In this document: positions 48,760 through 61,692 of the stretch, one piece after another
Position numbering within the stretch: the first letter of the stretch is position 1
How the letters are laid out: every line of letters starts with the position of its first letter
From: the human T2T-CHM13v2.0 reference genome, Homo sapiens
Reading direction: 5' to 3' (one strand)
NCBI RefSeq assembly: GCF_009914755.1
Contig: NC_060941.1
DNA length: 64,000 nt
Notes under the pieces: model-generated
Told to the model about the DNA's origin: nothing
Database searches by the model: none
What the model saw: only the letters and a program-made list of their open reading frames with translations
Position numbers and translations under genes: made by a program

Positions 48760-49225
48760 ATTTTGCTGATTGCGAGAGTAATACATGCTCATTGCAAATA
48801 ATTAAGAAAATACAAAAAGGTACATAGAAATAAAATCTCCCAAGATGTTACCTCTCAGAAATAACCATTATTAGCATTTAATATGCCACTCCTTTTTCTG
48901 TGCACAGCAATTTATAAAATTACATGGTACTTTATCTACAATTTTTCATCTTGCTTTTTTCACCTTAAACAACCAGAACATTCTTCCATGTCATCGTCTA
49001 CTCTTCAAAAACACCGTTTTAATGACTACATAATATTTCATTGTCTGGTTGTACCAGGATTTATTTAGCCAGTTCTCTATTTGCAGGCTTCTAGGAGGTT
49101 TCTTATTTTTCATGATTATAAATGATGCTGCAGTGAATATTCTTGTCCAGGAAATCTTTATCTGGGTTTCTGATAATTTCCTTAGAAGAGATTCCAAGAA
49201 GGGAAATTGTGGAGTCTCAATTCTG
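48760..49225 (-). mobile_element. L1ME-like 3' fragment
   Basis: agtaatacatgctcattg...attataaatgatgctgcagtgaatattcttg. Confidence 0.75.
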
Positions 49226-50269
49226 CTGGGTGTTACCTGTCTCCTATGGATGCTCAGAAAGGCGGAGTGGCTCCTGTTACCCTGAGTGGGTAGCATTTCC
49301 TGCCGCTAAGGCCTCCTAAAGGCCTAGACCACACAATTTTTATTCCTGCTGGGGAGAGATGGAAAAGGGGCCCCTGAGCCTCCCCAGACAGATCCCAACT
49401 ACTCACCTGAACCTGCTCCGTACAAAGCAGAGCATCCCCCTGCAGGACTCATTTCATAATTAACTTAGAGACTAAAGCATATTTAATTAACCATGGAAAC
49501 CCTCCCAGCCATCTGCCTCTGTTTTTATTTTGAGGAAAATGGCAGATTTTTTTTTTTTTCCTTAACTCCCTCTTTTTGGGGATGGAGCTCATTTCCAGCA
49601 TCTTGGTTCTTGTATAGAGCTGGGTCCTCTCCCCTGCTGATGGCCACTCCAGAGTGTCAGAGTCAGGGGTTAGCTTGAGGTGGGAGGCTGGGTGAGAGGT
49701 TGCACAAGGGCCTGGGCTTGGCCTCTAAGGCCAAGTCCCTGCCTGGGGTGAGCTCAGCCAGGCAAAGGTGGCACCCATGCACTACAGTGTGGACCTTCAA
49801 GGACCTAGCCTCAGACTCTTGGCTGCTGTCCTAAACTTACAGGGCTGCAGAGAGGGGCAGAGCTCAGAGAAAGAAGCCAACACTCTCATTCCACAGGTGA
49901 GGAAACTGAGGCCCAGACAGGCTCCAGGTCAAGCCTGAGCACAGAGATTTTCAGGCCCCTTGTTTGCTTCTTTGTTGTAGCCTCAAAGGAGTGGGGACGG
50001 CTTTGATTTCACTGCACTCCAAGGTCAGGGGATTTAAACGGAGTTCTGGGGGCTGTAACAGCCCACAATGTTGGAGCACTTTGAAATGTGCAAAACGCGT
50101 TTGCAGATCACATCTCGCTGAATACTCAACCCAGGCTCCAGAGACTCCGGGGTCACGTGACATGCATATAGTCACACAGCTGGTGAGTGTTGAGGCTGTG
50201 ATGGAAACGAGAAGTGCTTTGGTCTGAATTCCCAATGTAGCAGAATGGCTTTTGTTCTCACAGTATTCG

Positions 50270-51092
50270 TCAGAGGCCCTGGACTGGGAACTCATAGCGG
50301 AAAGGCCTGAAGGAATATTAGTCCAGTTATTTCTAGTGACATCACCTCCTCCAGGAACCTTTCCTGGGCTATCGCCCCAGGCTGAGTTGGGAGGGAGGGC
50401 TGGATCTCTGACCTTTTATCAACCCCCACACACCACAGCATTATACCCTAGGGCGCAATACTTCATGCTATACTCCAGGTTCTAGCAAAGGGTCTGGCTT
50501 ATACTAGTTGATCAGTAAGTGGTATTGAATTGAATGAGATCAAATGTGGACGCCGGTGTAATTGCTTCAGCGCCTCACTTTTCCTTCCCTCAGGAGGTCA
50601 TCTGAGAGCTCTCTCGGGGTGGATGTCACATGTGCTTTGGGATGGTCCCCAAGGGCTGCCATATGGACCGATCTATGTGCCAGGCTGGCCATGTGCCCCG
50701 GATCCTGGAGCTGTCAGAAGGGCTGGAGATCTAGCCCACAGACCCCGGCCAGGTAGCATCACCTTTAATAGATGTGTGGCCAGGCCTGGCAGGGGACTGG
50801 GGACATCTGCCACCTGTGCTTTTAGTAAATCATGCCCACCCTCTGAGACTCATTTGCTCCTCTATCAGATGAAGGCAATTTGATTGGACCCTTCCAGCCC
50901 TGATGATCCATGTCCTATGACTTTATAATGTCCCCAGGCAGGGGCCAGGAGTGGCAGAGAACCAATCCTCCCTCCCAAATCAGTTTTGGGGGTTAGTCCA
51001 GGAAAGCTTTCTGGAAGAGGAGATCTTAGAAATAACTGGACTAATGTTCCATTGGACCTTTCCTCTGTGAGCTCCCAGTTCAGGACCTCTGA
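50270..51092. repeat. Inverted duplication, ~140-bp arms, 544-bp spacer
   Basis: 50270-50410 vs reverse complement of 50955-51092: 113/141 identical by hand alignment. Confidence 0.92.
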
Positions 51093-52877
51093 TAGGGACC
51101 AGGGCAAAAAGACGGAGAGTCAACTCCAGCCAGAAGTCAGAAAGCTGGAGCTGCTAACCAAGCTAAAATGTATCCTGCATAGAAAAGACAGTAAAGTACC
51201 AGGTTTCCTGGAGCCACTTTAATGTTCCTGCCAGGCTGAAAATCTCTCTCCTTTTAAGATATAAAAGATTTGCTCCCTGACACTCATCTTCAATCATTTT
51301 CTGTCTCTCTTCAGCCACTACAGCCTGCATTGAAGGCGAGGGAATCCACGGTGATGAATTAGGCATCTGTAGATATTTCTCCAGAGCTGCATCTGTTAAA
51401 CCCAAAGCAGGTCTTGGCTCCACTGAAATCAAATTCAACATGAAAAGCCCTCAATGTGGAGCCCTGGGGCACCCCCAGCCCAGAGCCACGCTGCAGCCTC
51501 CCCCTGATCCCCGCTCCGTGGCACATCGCACATCACATGGGCCACCTATTCTGTAAATTACTGTAAAATTCTAGTAGAGAACTTATCTTTTTTCCTATCA
51601 AGAGAATGACCTACAGAATGAAAAAATAATTCAATGGAGGAAGATGAAAGTAAAATGCAGCTTCATTCAGGGAGCTTTTGGGAGAGAAAAATAGAAAATG
51701 CCTCTGTCATTTGCTTTTAAAAATCAAGAATGGGGAGCATGTAACTCTCTCCAGTAAATACAACTAGTAATACAAATGCTCTTTAGTTGTATGCTGTGGC
51801 CGGTTCTTGGAGAGAGGCTGAAGGGGAAGGAGGAGGAAGGGGCTCAAGAAGTAGGACAGGGGGAGAGAAGCAGCCAGAAACAGGTGACTAGAAAGAAGGA
51901 AAAAAAAATCAAAACTCCGTAAAAGAGAGGGCATGAATGACAGTCGCAGGCAAAGCAACACAAAAATACAGACAAAGAGAAGCATGCACACATCACAGCC
52001 CAGCCACTTGATAGGAGAGAGACGGAGATGGGGAGGCTAGAGGAAGAGAAGCAGACACAGAGAGGGACATGGGAGGGAGACAGGCGAAGATGGGCTCAGC
52101 AAGCAATACAGCTATTTAAAAACAACCAACACCACAATCGAGGCTTGTTTTTGTTTTTAAAGAAGCAAACATTATCAGAATTATGTTTTCCCAGCATTAC
52201 TTTTTAATGTGTTTGCATTCCTGTCCAACTTTGAGAAGCTCAGGCATTCTTAAAAATCCATTCTCCTCATTTGCCACCCAGAGAACTCCTCGTTAACAGT
52301 TCCCGGCAAGGAGATCTCACACCTCGTGCTGTAACCTTTTCAGATGATGCCGCTGAAAACCTTAAAGTACTGTTGTGTTTTCACAGTGCTGTTGTGTTTT
52401 CACGTGGTCACACCTCTCTGTGCAGCTCTATGGGTGCCTTTTGCTCAACCCCATCCCGCCTTTGCAGAGACCACAGATTCAGAATCGAGGATGATCCAGC
52501 CAGGGCCAGAGCTGACCATTCCATGCTGCTTGGTGACAAGGTTTGCTCAGCAAATAAGTAATGAAAATAAGATGACAGCGGATGTGTAGAATGAATGAAA
52601 AGAAGGAGTGCCAGGCCCTCCAGCCGCATCATACCCAGTAAAAGCTTCCCAAACCTGCCAAGCGCTCTCGCACCTCGCTGCCAGAAACTCCTCTTTCCTC
52701 CCCTGCCTCTGCTGTGGGAAACCCTTCCCACCCATCGTTCATCAATCAATTCATTGTATTAAGCATCTCCTCTGGGAATTTTTTCCCAACCCTCCTCCTC
52801 CCTGGGGGTTAATCGTTCCTTCATTTGGCTTCCTGTCTTGCTACCTCTGCCGTAGGTCTTAGCATATTTCATTAGAG

Positions 52878-53062
52878 CAAGATTTCTCAACCTTGCCCTG
52901 TTATTTTGGGCCAGATACTGCTTTGTTGGAGGGCAGGGAGGGGCTGTCCTGTGCACTGCAGCTTTAGCAGCATCCCTCTCCTCTGCCCACTGGATGCCAG
53001 CAGCCCCACTCCCCTGGTCGCAACTACCAAAACAATCTCCAGCCGTTGCCAGATATCCCTCA
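52878..53062. mobile_element. MER20 hAT MITE
   Basis: ttctcaacctt...ggctgtcctgtgcactgcag...ttagcagcatccct...ggatgccagcagc. Confidence 0.85.
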
Positions 53063-53684
53063 AATCACACCCAAAGACACCAAGTGAGAGCAGTTGTTGG
53101 GGGTGTCAGCCTCAGAGACAGTGTGGCCTCTGGAGTCTCAGTGTTAGAACAGTGGATGGCATAGAGGAAGCACCTGGATTCTGTAGAAGAAGAATCCGGA
53201 TGCTTGGACTCTGCCCGTGGGTGGGTAGATAATGAACTGGCCAGTTGCACACGAGCCATGTTGATCGTTGAAACAGGAGTGTTGGTGCATTAGGTCCAAA
53301 AGCAAATCCACCAGTCTATTGAATGATGTGTGGGAGACACAAGGAATAAGAAAGAAAGCATCTCTGTTTAAGGCTTTTGTGATCTAGTTCATCAGAAAAG
53401 GCCTGTAGCCACGGGACGCTGATGTAAGAATAACGGGCAGTTTGTAATGAGTTCTGAAGCAGTGCAGGTTCCTCTACATGGGTTTAGGTATTTAGAAAAG
53501 GGGAAGCCAGGGTGGGCTACTTTTCCTGTGGAGGGCCTAGGGGGCTCCATGGAACTTGACCAGGGCCTTTAAAGATGGGATGGACTTGAGGTTGCGGGGT
53601 GAGTGTGGTGTGGCTTACAGCAGAAAGTGTTTACTCCAAGGGGCAGATCCAGCCAGGCCCATAAGTTGGGTCTTGATGCTAGGA

Positions 53685-53880
53685 GGCCAAGTCTCTTCAA
53701 ATATGTCCTGAACAGCCTGCAGCAGGGTCGCCTGGGGTTGCTGGTCATAAATGCAGATTCCTGAACCCCCCAGGCTTAGTGACTTGCTATCCCTGGGGTG
53801 GGCCCAGGACCCTATTCTGTTTTTTTCACATGCCCCGCCACCCAGCTGATTCTGATGCTCTGTGAAGTTTGAGACCCATT
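53685..53880. mobile_element. MER5A
   Basis: aaatgcagattcctg...ggggtgggcccagga...gctgattctgatgc...aagtttgaga. Confidence 0.75.
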
Positions 53881-53964
53881 TCCTTGTGGTTGGTGGGGAG
53901 TGATTGAACAGTCCTGGTAATAAACTTGGCCTTCCATTGTGTGTAGCCTGTAGGGTTGACTTGG

Positions 53965-54232
53965 TCCAGCAGAGCAGTTAAGTACACAGGTTGTAGTGCC
54001 AGGCTGCCAGGGTGCAAATCTTGGTCCTGTCATTTCTAGCTGTGCAACCTTGGGCCAGTCACTTGAAATCTCTGTGCCTCAAACTTTTCATCCATAATAT
54101 GGGGTTAACAAGTCCCTACCTCACAAGATATTTGGGAAAATTAAATTAAGTCAAACATATAAATGCTTAGCATGGAGCCTGGCAGATAGTAAACACTCAC
54201 TCATAAATATAAGTCATCACCATCATCATTAT
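53965..54232 (+). mobile_element. MIR, near full length
   Basis: gctgtgcaaccttgggccagtcactt...ctctgtgcctca. Confidence 0.85.
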
Positions 54233-54674
54233 TTTAGCATTTGAGGCTTGCAAAGAGTTTGACAAAGCTGAAGTCTCCTTTATTAAAAATGTGGTCTGTC
54301 ATCCATGGCCCTCCTCTGCTCCCCTCAGCTTGCCTCTAGTTCCTCCAAAACCTGAAGTTTAATTGCCTGAGCCCTTCTCCAGGAGGAAGATGGACCCTGA
54401 GGTGCTCTGAGTGGAGGAGCAGTGTTGGGACGAACAAGGGAGTGTCCCTGGCAGTGTCAGGCCCCTCCCAGTCTTTGGCTCGGAGAGGAAACACTTCTTG
54501 CCTCCCCAGCCCTGGGATGGACATATTGGAGGCCCAGAACATCCTTTTGCCACTACCAGATGGCCGTGCCACTCCTCAGCAAGTCTCTCCCAGAGGGAGG
54601 CCTGAGCCAGGGCAGAAAAGAGGGAAGAGCAGAAAACAGCTCCGTCTGTGGCAGATGCCATACCCCAGTCTTCT

Positions 54675-55071
<397 letters not shown>

Positions 55072-55119
55072 TGACCCCAGGAAGTGGGTGGGGAGGCCTT
55101 GCCCACCCATTTACAAAAA

Positions 55120-56210
55120 TAACAGCTTTTTGGAGATAAAATTTACATACCATAAAATTCATCCTTTTGAAGTATACAATTCAATGGCTTATAGTATATT
55201 CACGGAGTTGTGCAGCCGTCTCCTCTAGCCAATTTTAGAACATTTCATCACCCCCTAAAAAGAACATTTTAATCACTCCCATTTCCCCCTCCTTCCAGCC
55301 CTTGACAACCACGAATGTCTTCTCTGTCTCTATGGATTTGCCCACTCTGGACATTTCATATACAAATGGATTCATGCAATATGTGGACATTTGTGTCTGG
55401 ATTCCTTCACTCAGCACAGTGTTTTCAAGGTTCATACATGTCGTACCATGTGTCGGTATTTTTGTTCCTTTTCTTTTTAGTACTTTATTCCTTTTTATGG
55501 TTAAGTAATATTCTGTTGTATGGACATATGACATTTTGTTTATCCATGCATCTGTTGATGGACATTTGGGTTCTTTAAACTTTTTGGCTATTATGGATAA
55601 TGCTGCTATGAACATTCACATACAAGTTTTTATATGGATGTACATTTTCATTTGTCTTGGGTATAAACCTAGGAGTGGAATTGCTGAGTCATAAGGTAAC
55701 TCTATGTTTAAACTTTTGAGGAATCACCAGATTGATTTCCATGGTGGCTGCACCATTTATAATCTCAAAAAAAGGGCATAAGCATTCCTGTTTTTTCCAT
55801 GTTCTTGCCAGTACTTATTACAGGTTGAGCACCCCTAATCCAAAAATCCCAAATCCCAAATGCTCTAAAATCTGAAACTTTTTGAGTGTTGACATGATGC
55901 CATCAGTGGGAAACTCCCATGTGACCGCCTGCAGTCAAAACACCATCAAAACCTTGTTTTATGCACAAGATTATTTAAAATACTGTGGAAAATCACCTTC
56001 AGACTATTTGTATTAGGTGTGTATGAAACATAAATAAATTTCATGTTTAAACTTGGGTCCCATCCCCAAGATATCTCTTTATATATATGCAAATTTTCCA
56101 AAATCTGAAAATTTTTGGTCCCAACATTTCATGTAAGGGGTACTCAACCTGTATCTGTCCTTTTGATTACAGCCGTCCTATTGGGTGTGAATTGGTATGT
56201 CATTGTAGGT
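55120..56210 (-). mobile_element. L1MB-like 3' region
   Basis: cataccataaaattcatcc...ctaggagtggaattgctg. Confidence 0.85.
55821..56151. mobile_element. Tigger4 (Zombi/MER46)-type MITE inside L1M
   Basis: 16-bp TIRs caggttgagcacccct / aggggtactcaacctg with TA duplication. Confidence 0.9.
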
Positions 56211-56959
56211 TCACTCCTTATAGATGAGGAAATTAAGGCTCAAGAGGCAAAGCAACTTGGCCAAGTACACTCAGATAGCCAGGGGCAAAGCCAGAATTCA
56301 AACCAGACACATCTCACTTCAACATCCATTTTCTTGTTTTCCTCTTACATCAGGCAGCCCTCCAGCTGAATGATTTTTGTCTGTGCCTGGCCCAGTCCCT
56401 GAGTCCAAAGTGGTTTTTAGGATTCACATCGGTTACAGGACCGGGCCATGGTCTGCCCACCTGAAGCTGACCACCTGGTCACTGTTCACTCTCCCAGCCA
56501 GTCTGCCGGCCAAAGTCCATTGAACGCCTACTGTGTGCCGAGCTCAGGAGCTGTAAGTAGATTAAGGACGGCACAGAGCCCACTCTCAAAAATGGACTGA
56601 TTGCTTTTAATGTGTCTCATCAAATGAAAGATGAAATTTTAGACTCTAGATTTACACGGTGCCAGAAAAGTGCAGAAAGCTGACCTGGGAGGAGAAGTGA
56701 AAAAGAAGAATGGCAAGGGACCCCCGGCTGGAGAGTTGAAGGGCGATGGCCTGAGCCAGTTTCAGAAAGATTTGGTGCCAATGCTGAGGGCCATGGCCAG
56801 GAAGAAGAGGACCACGTTAGAGAGGTAGGTTGGAACTGCTTTCAGGGATGGGGTTTAGCAAGAAACTGAGGAGCAATTAAGAGGGAAAAATAAAGGAGTC
56901 AGAAGGAGGAGGGGAGAAAGAACAAGGGCTAATCTGTGTAATTATACAAATATACAGCT

Positions 56960-57145
56960 TCCATTTAGCAGGCCTCTCTGAGGGGCAGGATCTGTGCTGA
57001 GCGCTTTGCATACCCTGCAAGGTACATTGTTAATATTCTTATTTTATAGACAGGAAACTGAGGCTCAGAGATATTAAGTGCTTTCGCCAAGGAATACAGT
57101 TGGTAACATTCAATCAGACTTTAAATCCTATTCTCTTAACCACTC
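56960..57145 (-). mobile_element. MIR
   Basis: attttatagacaggaaactgaggctcagaga. Confidence 0.8.
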
Positions 57146-57688
57146 GAACGTCTACTGAGTGAGTAACCAAGGGATGCTTATGAGGGAACGTGCCGTCAGG
57201 GGTGCTGGAAATAGGAACCAGGCTCAGCTTTCCCTCTGGAAGGCTGGTATTTTTGGAAATAGAAATGCTTTGGAGCTAATGGTTTTTCCTGTAATGGTTT
57301 CAGCCTGTTTGGGGTTTTCACGCTTCAGTTTACAGTCTGAGCCACTGGTGTGTACTCATTTATTCCTTTTTACAGGAAAAAAAAAAACCCCAATGAATTT
57401 TTGATCAAATTGAGCTTGACTATTTGACCAGTGAATCAGAAAGTCTTCCAAGTCTTAGGAAGGAGGTGGAAGTGAAGATGGAAAATGTATACCCATCTCT
57501 CTTCAAGAAGGTAGAGTGAGGGAGGCCCCTCCTGGGGGTTCTGGGACAAAAGGAGTGGAAATTAAACCCACAGGCTGTCTGCAGCAGGATCACCAAGCGC
57601 TCTAGGTCATTGCGTCTCTCAGGGGATAGCAACTGGTCAAGATTCTGCTGGTACATCAAACATTCAGCTGCATGATGATGGTCTAGAC

Positions 57689-57922
57689 CAGGGCAGCACA
57701 TTTTTCTATAAAGAGCCAGATAATTGTAGGCTTTGCAGGACACCTATGGTCCCCATCACACATTTGTGTCTTCCTCCTTCCCCTTCCTCATTTCCTTCTC
57801 TTTCCTCTTCTTCCAGAAGCATTTAAAAATGCAAAAAAAAAATTAAATTCTTAGCTGGAGGGCTATACAGAAAACAGACTATGGGTCAGATTTGCCTGAT
57901 GGCCATAATTGGCCAACCCCTG
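57689..57922. mobile_element. MER58-family hAT MITE
   Basis: caggg...cccctg; 8-bp TSD gtctagac/gtctagat. Confidence 0.85.
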
Positions 57923-58522
57923 GTCTAGATATCTTTTGGAAACTAACTTGGATGAATTGCTTAACTTTCTGGAGCATTATATAATGTATCTATTGAACAC
58001 CTACTGTACACATAGCTTCATACCAGTTGCAATAGAAAGAACACAAAGATAAATGAATGAAGAAGCTTTGCTGTAGCTGCTGTGGGTGTAATGTAGGGGA
58101 AACAGCAGCAGACCTAGAGCCAGAAGACTTGGATACCAAGCCTACTTCAGTCCCTGAAGAGCCTGCAGAGCCACATCTGTAAATGGGGAAAATAAAGCAT
58201 CCTTTGCCTGATTAAATAAGCTCAGGAGTAAAGTCATTTTGAAAAGCACTACATAATAGGAACTATATTTAGAGAGTTGAGGTTACACATGCCTATGAAT
58301 AGTTGACTCACAATATAAAGACTGTATAAAGCTATGATGTCAGAGGTGTTAAGAGAGAAAAGAGATTGACACACTGTCATATAGGACTCCCTATGCCAGG
58401 TACTCTCACCTGTGTTAGCCTGTGAGTGATTTAGGCAGTGTACCCATTAGAATTGGGTTTGGCTGCTTCCTACAGGAAGCCCAAAGTAAAAATGGTCTAA
58501 CCAAGACAAAAATATAACTCTT

Positions 58523-58785
58523 AGCCTGGGCAATAAAGTGAGACCTTGTCACTATTTTTAAAAATTTTAAAAATAGCCAGGCATGGTAGTGCACACCTGT
58601 GGTCCCAGCTACTCAGTAGGCTGAGGCAGGAAGATGGCCTGAATCCAGGAGTTCAAGGCCACAGTGAGCTTATAATTGTGCCACTGCACTCCAGCCTGGG
58701 TGACAGAGTGAGACTCTGTCTCAAAAAAGAAAGAGAGAGAGGGAGAGAGAGAGGGAGGGAGGGGAGGGGGAGGGGAGGGGAGGGA
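58523..58785 (+). mobile_element. 5'-truncated AluJ with GA/GGGGA-rich tail, inside an MLT1-like LTR
   Basis: Right arm plus part of left arm. Confidence 0.85.
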
Positions 58786-60611
58786 AAGGGATGCTGTCAT
58801 TTGAAGTGGAGGTATGCAGTCCAGAACGTGGAGAGCATCCCCACAGTGTCAGGAACCCAGGGTCCTTCTCCTTTGCTCCATTATCCTTGCATGTAACTCC
58901 CATTCAACAAAGACATCTCATAGGCCAAAATGGCTGCTTGACCTCCAGCCATTACATCTGCATTCCAGGCATGTGAAAGGAGGAAGGAACAAAGAAGAAA
59001 GGGCTAAAGGACATATGCTAGGAGCCTTTCACAAAAATGTACTGGAAGCTGGCTCCAAATACTGCTCCTTATATCTAATTTGCTATACTTAGCAACAAAA
59101 GAGACTGTGAAAACCAGTCTTTATTGTGGGTGGCCATGTGCCCAGGTAAAACTACAAGGTTCTGTTTTTAAAGAGGAGGATAATCAACCCTGGGATAAGC
59201 AACTAGCTATGGCTATCATAGGTAACAAGTTCATAGAAAGACAAAGTCAGGGAAGGCTTTATTAAGAGAGTGAGATAGCATGGCTTGAGGAAATGAGTTG
59301 GAGGTCTGGAGGGAGATAGTGGGCAAACTAGTCTAGTCTAGACTACTCTTGTAGAGGAGGTTTCAGGTTTTAATGCTGGAAAAGATACTAATTAAAATAA
59401 TACTATAACCAGTTGGGTACCCTACCACCTTGGGTGATGCACCACCCCTTGATGACTTTGTGACTCCTCAGAAGCTCCTCCCCTCCTCCCCCTCCTCTTC
59501 CCCTTCCTTCAATATGTCACCCACACAGCCTTCTTCTGCTAGGGCTGCCACTTCCCAGGAGGTGGTCCTCAGGTCTTCCTGAGTGGGTCCCTCAATGCAG
59601 CTCAAGCCCATCCACCTTCCCCTGCATCTCCCAGTCCTTGGAGAGACTTGTATCTTTGCTGCACTAAACTCTACAAGTGAGGATTGTTTCCTGCTCAGTA
59701 CTCTCTTTCTCTCAGCTGTAGACACAGGCTGCTCCAGTTCTCTTGACTTGAGACTCTTTGGGAGGTGACTGGTTGGGCCCTAGTTTCTGTGTTCTTCCAG
59801 CTCTGCGGGTTGCAGGTCAGGTTCTTCCCTATATCTCTCATTCCAGCTCCATGACGGCATCCAGCCAGTGGAACACCCACAGTTAGCTTGGGGAGATGGA
59901 GATGGGGAGGCCCTGGGTCATCCCAGGCCTCACTACTAGCTGAGAAGTCTAAAAATCCCCACCTCCCTCTAATCACCTCGATGAACCTCTAGCCTTCTCT
60001 TTGGCATGGGCTAAGGTGTAATGGGGCAGGGGATGCAGAACCAGTGAGGGACCATTCTCAGCAAGTCCCAACTGGATGGTCTGGCATCTCCCTTCACAGT
60101 GTGTGGGCAATTCACACCTGAAGTTCTCAGCCTTGGGACCTCAGAGGAGATTCTAAAACAACAGGGCAAGCCCCTGGTGAATGTCCTCTTAAATATATTC
60201 CATTTATTGACTTCTAACTATGTGTCAGGCACAACTAACCCACTACCAATGAAGTCTTTACAGGTAAAGAGACTGATGATGGTGGAAAGGCAGGTGAGGA
60301 CTGGACGATTCCAGAAAGAAGTCATGAGAAATGAGGCCAGGAAAGAGAGGTGGAGGCAGATGGCAGAGGCTTTAGTGCGGGACTGAGAAGCTCTGACCTT
60401 CTCCTGTAAGTGCAGGGAACCATCGAAGGATTCTAAGCATATGTGACGTGGTCTCAGTTGTGGTTTTGGAAACTTTATCTCCAAGTAGAGTGTGGGAAGG
60501 ATTGGAAAGAGAGGGCCAAATGTCTTTCCATTAGAGCGTGAGTCCTGGGAAGCAGTGGAGAGGGACTGGGTATGGGGAAAAGAATGAGGAGGAAGAGGAA
60601 GGAAGATATAG

Positions 60612-61053
<442 letters not shown>

Positions 61054-61459
61054 TGGTCCTTCTATTTCATTTGCTCAACAGAAACATACAATTTGTGAGC
61101 ACCCACCACATGTGAGAGGGGCTTGGACAAACAAGGTGGACCATCATGGTCCTTGTGAGAGCTCATAACGAGGAAGGGAAGAGGGAAGAGGATGCCAATT
61201 GATGTGTACAGGGTCCTCTGGAGCTGACAAATGGCCTTGACAAATACTATCTCCCTCCATCCCTGCACCCGTTCTGTAAAATAAGCAGGACAGACATGCT
61301 TATGCTCATTTCATAAATGAGAGAACTCAGCACTGGTTAACTTACTCAGGGTTCTACAGCTGGGAGAAGGCGGAGCTGGGATTCAAATCCAGTGCTGTTT
61401 CTGCTACATCAAGTACACACAGGAAAGGTACCCAGAGCTCAAGGGGAAGGTAGAATTTG

Positions 61460-61692
61460 GCAGAGTGATTAAGGGCTGGATTCCGGAGTCCGACTGTCTG
61501 GCTCCAAAGCCTGTCTCCATCTCGCTGTGTGTGAACCGTAGATGAGTTTCTTAACTCTCTATGCTTTAGCCCCTTCACCTGTAACATGTGAAGAATGGTG
61601 CCCACCTCCTAGGGTTGCATGAGGCTCACATGAGCTATAGTTCAGGCCTGGCCCAAAGTAAGCACTCTGAAAGGGATTCTGCCATTACCATT
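61460..61692 (+). mobile_element. MIR
   Basis: gagtgattaaggg...cctcctagggttgcatgagg...agtaagcactc. Confidence 0.75.

Noticed and set aside
50252-51107. Two homologous small ORFs on opposite strands as a paralogous micro-protein pair
   Set aside because: Both have TTG starts; the similarity follows from the DNA inverted repeat, and one frame-preserving indel is not evidence of coding selection.
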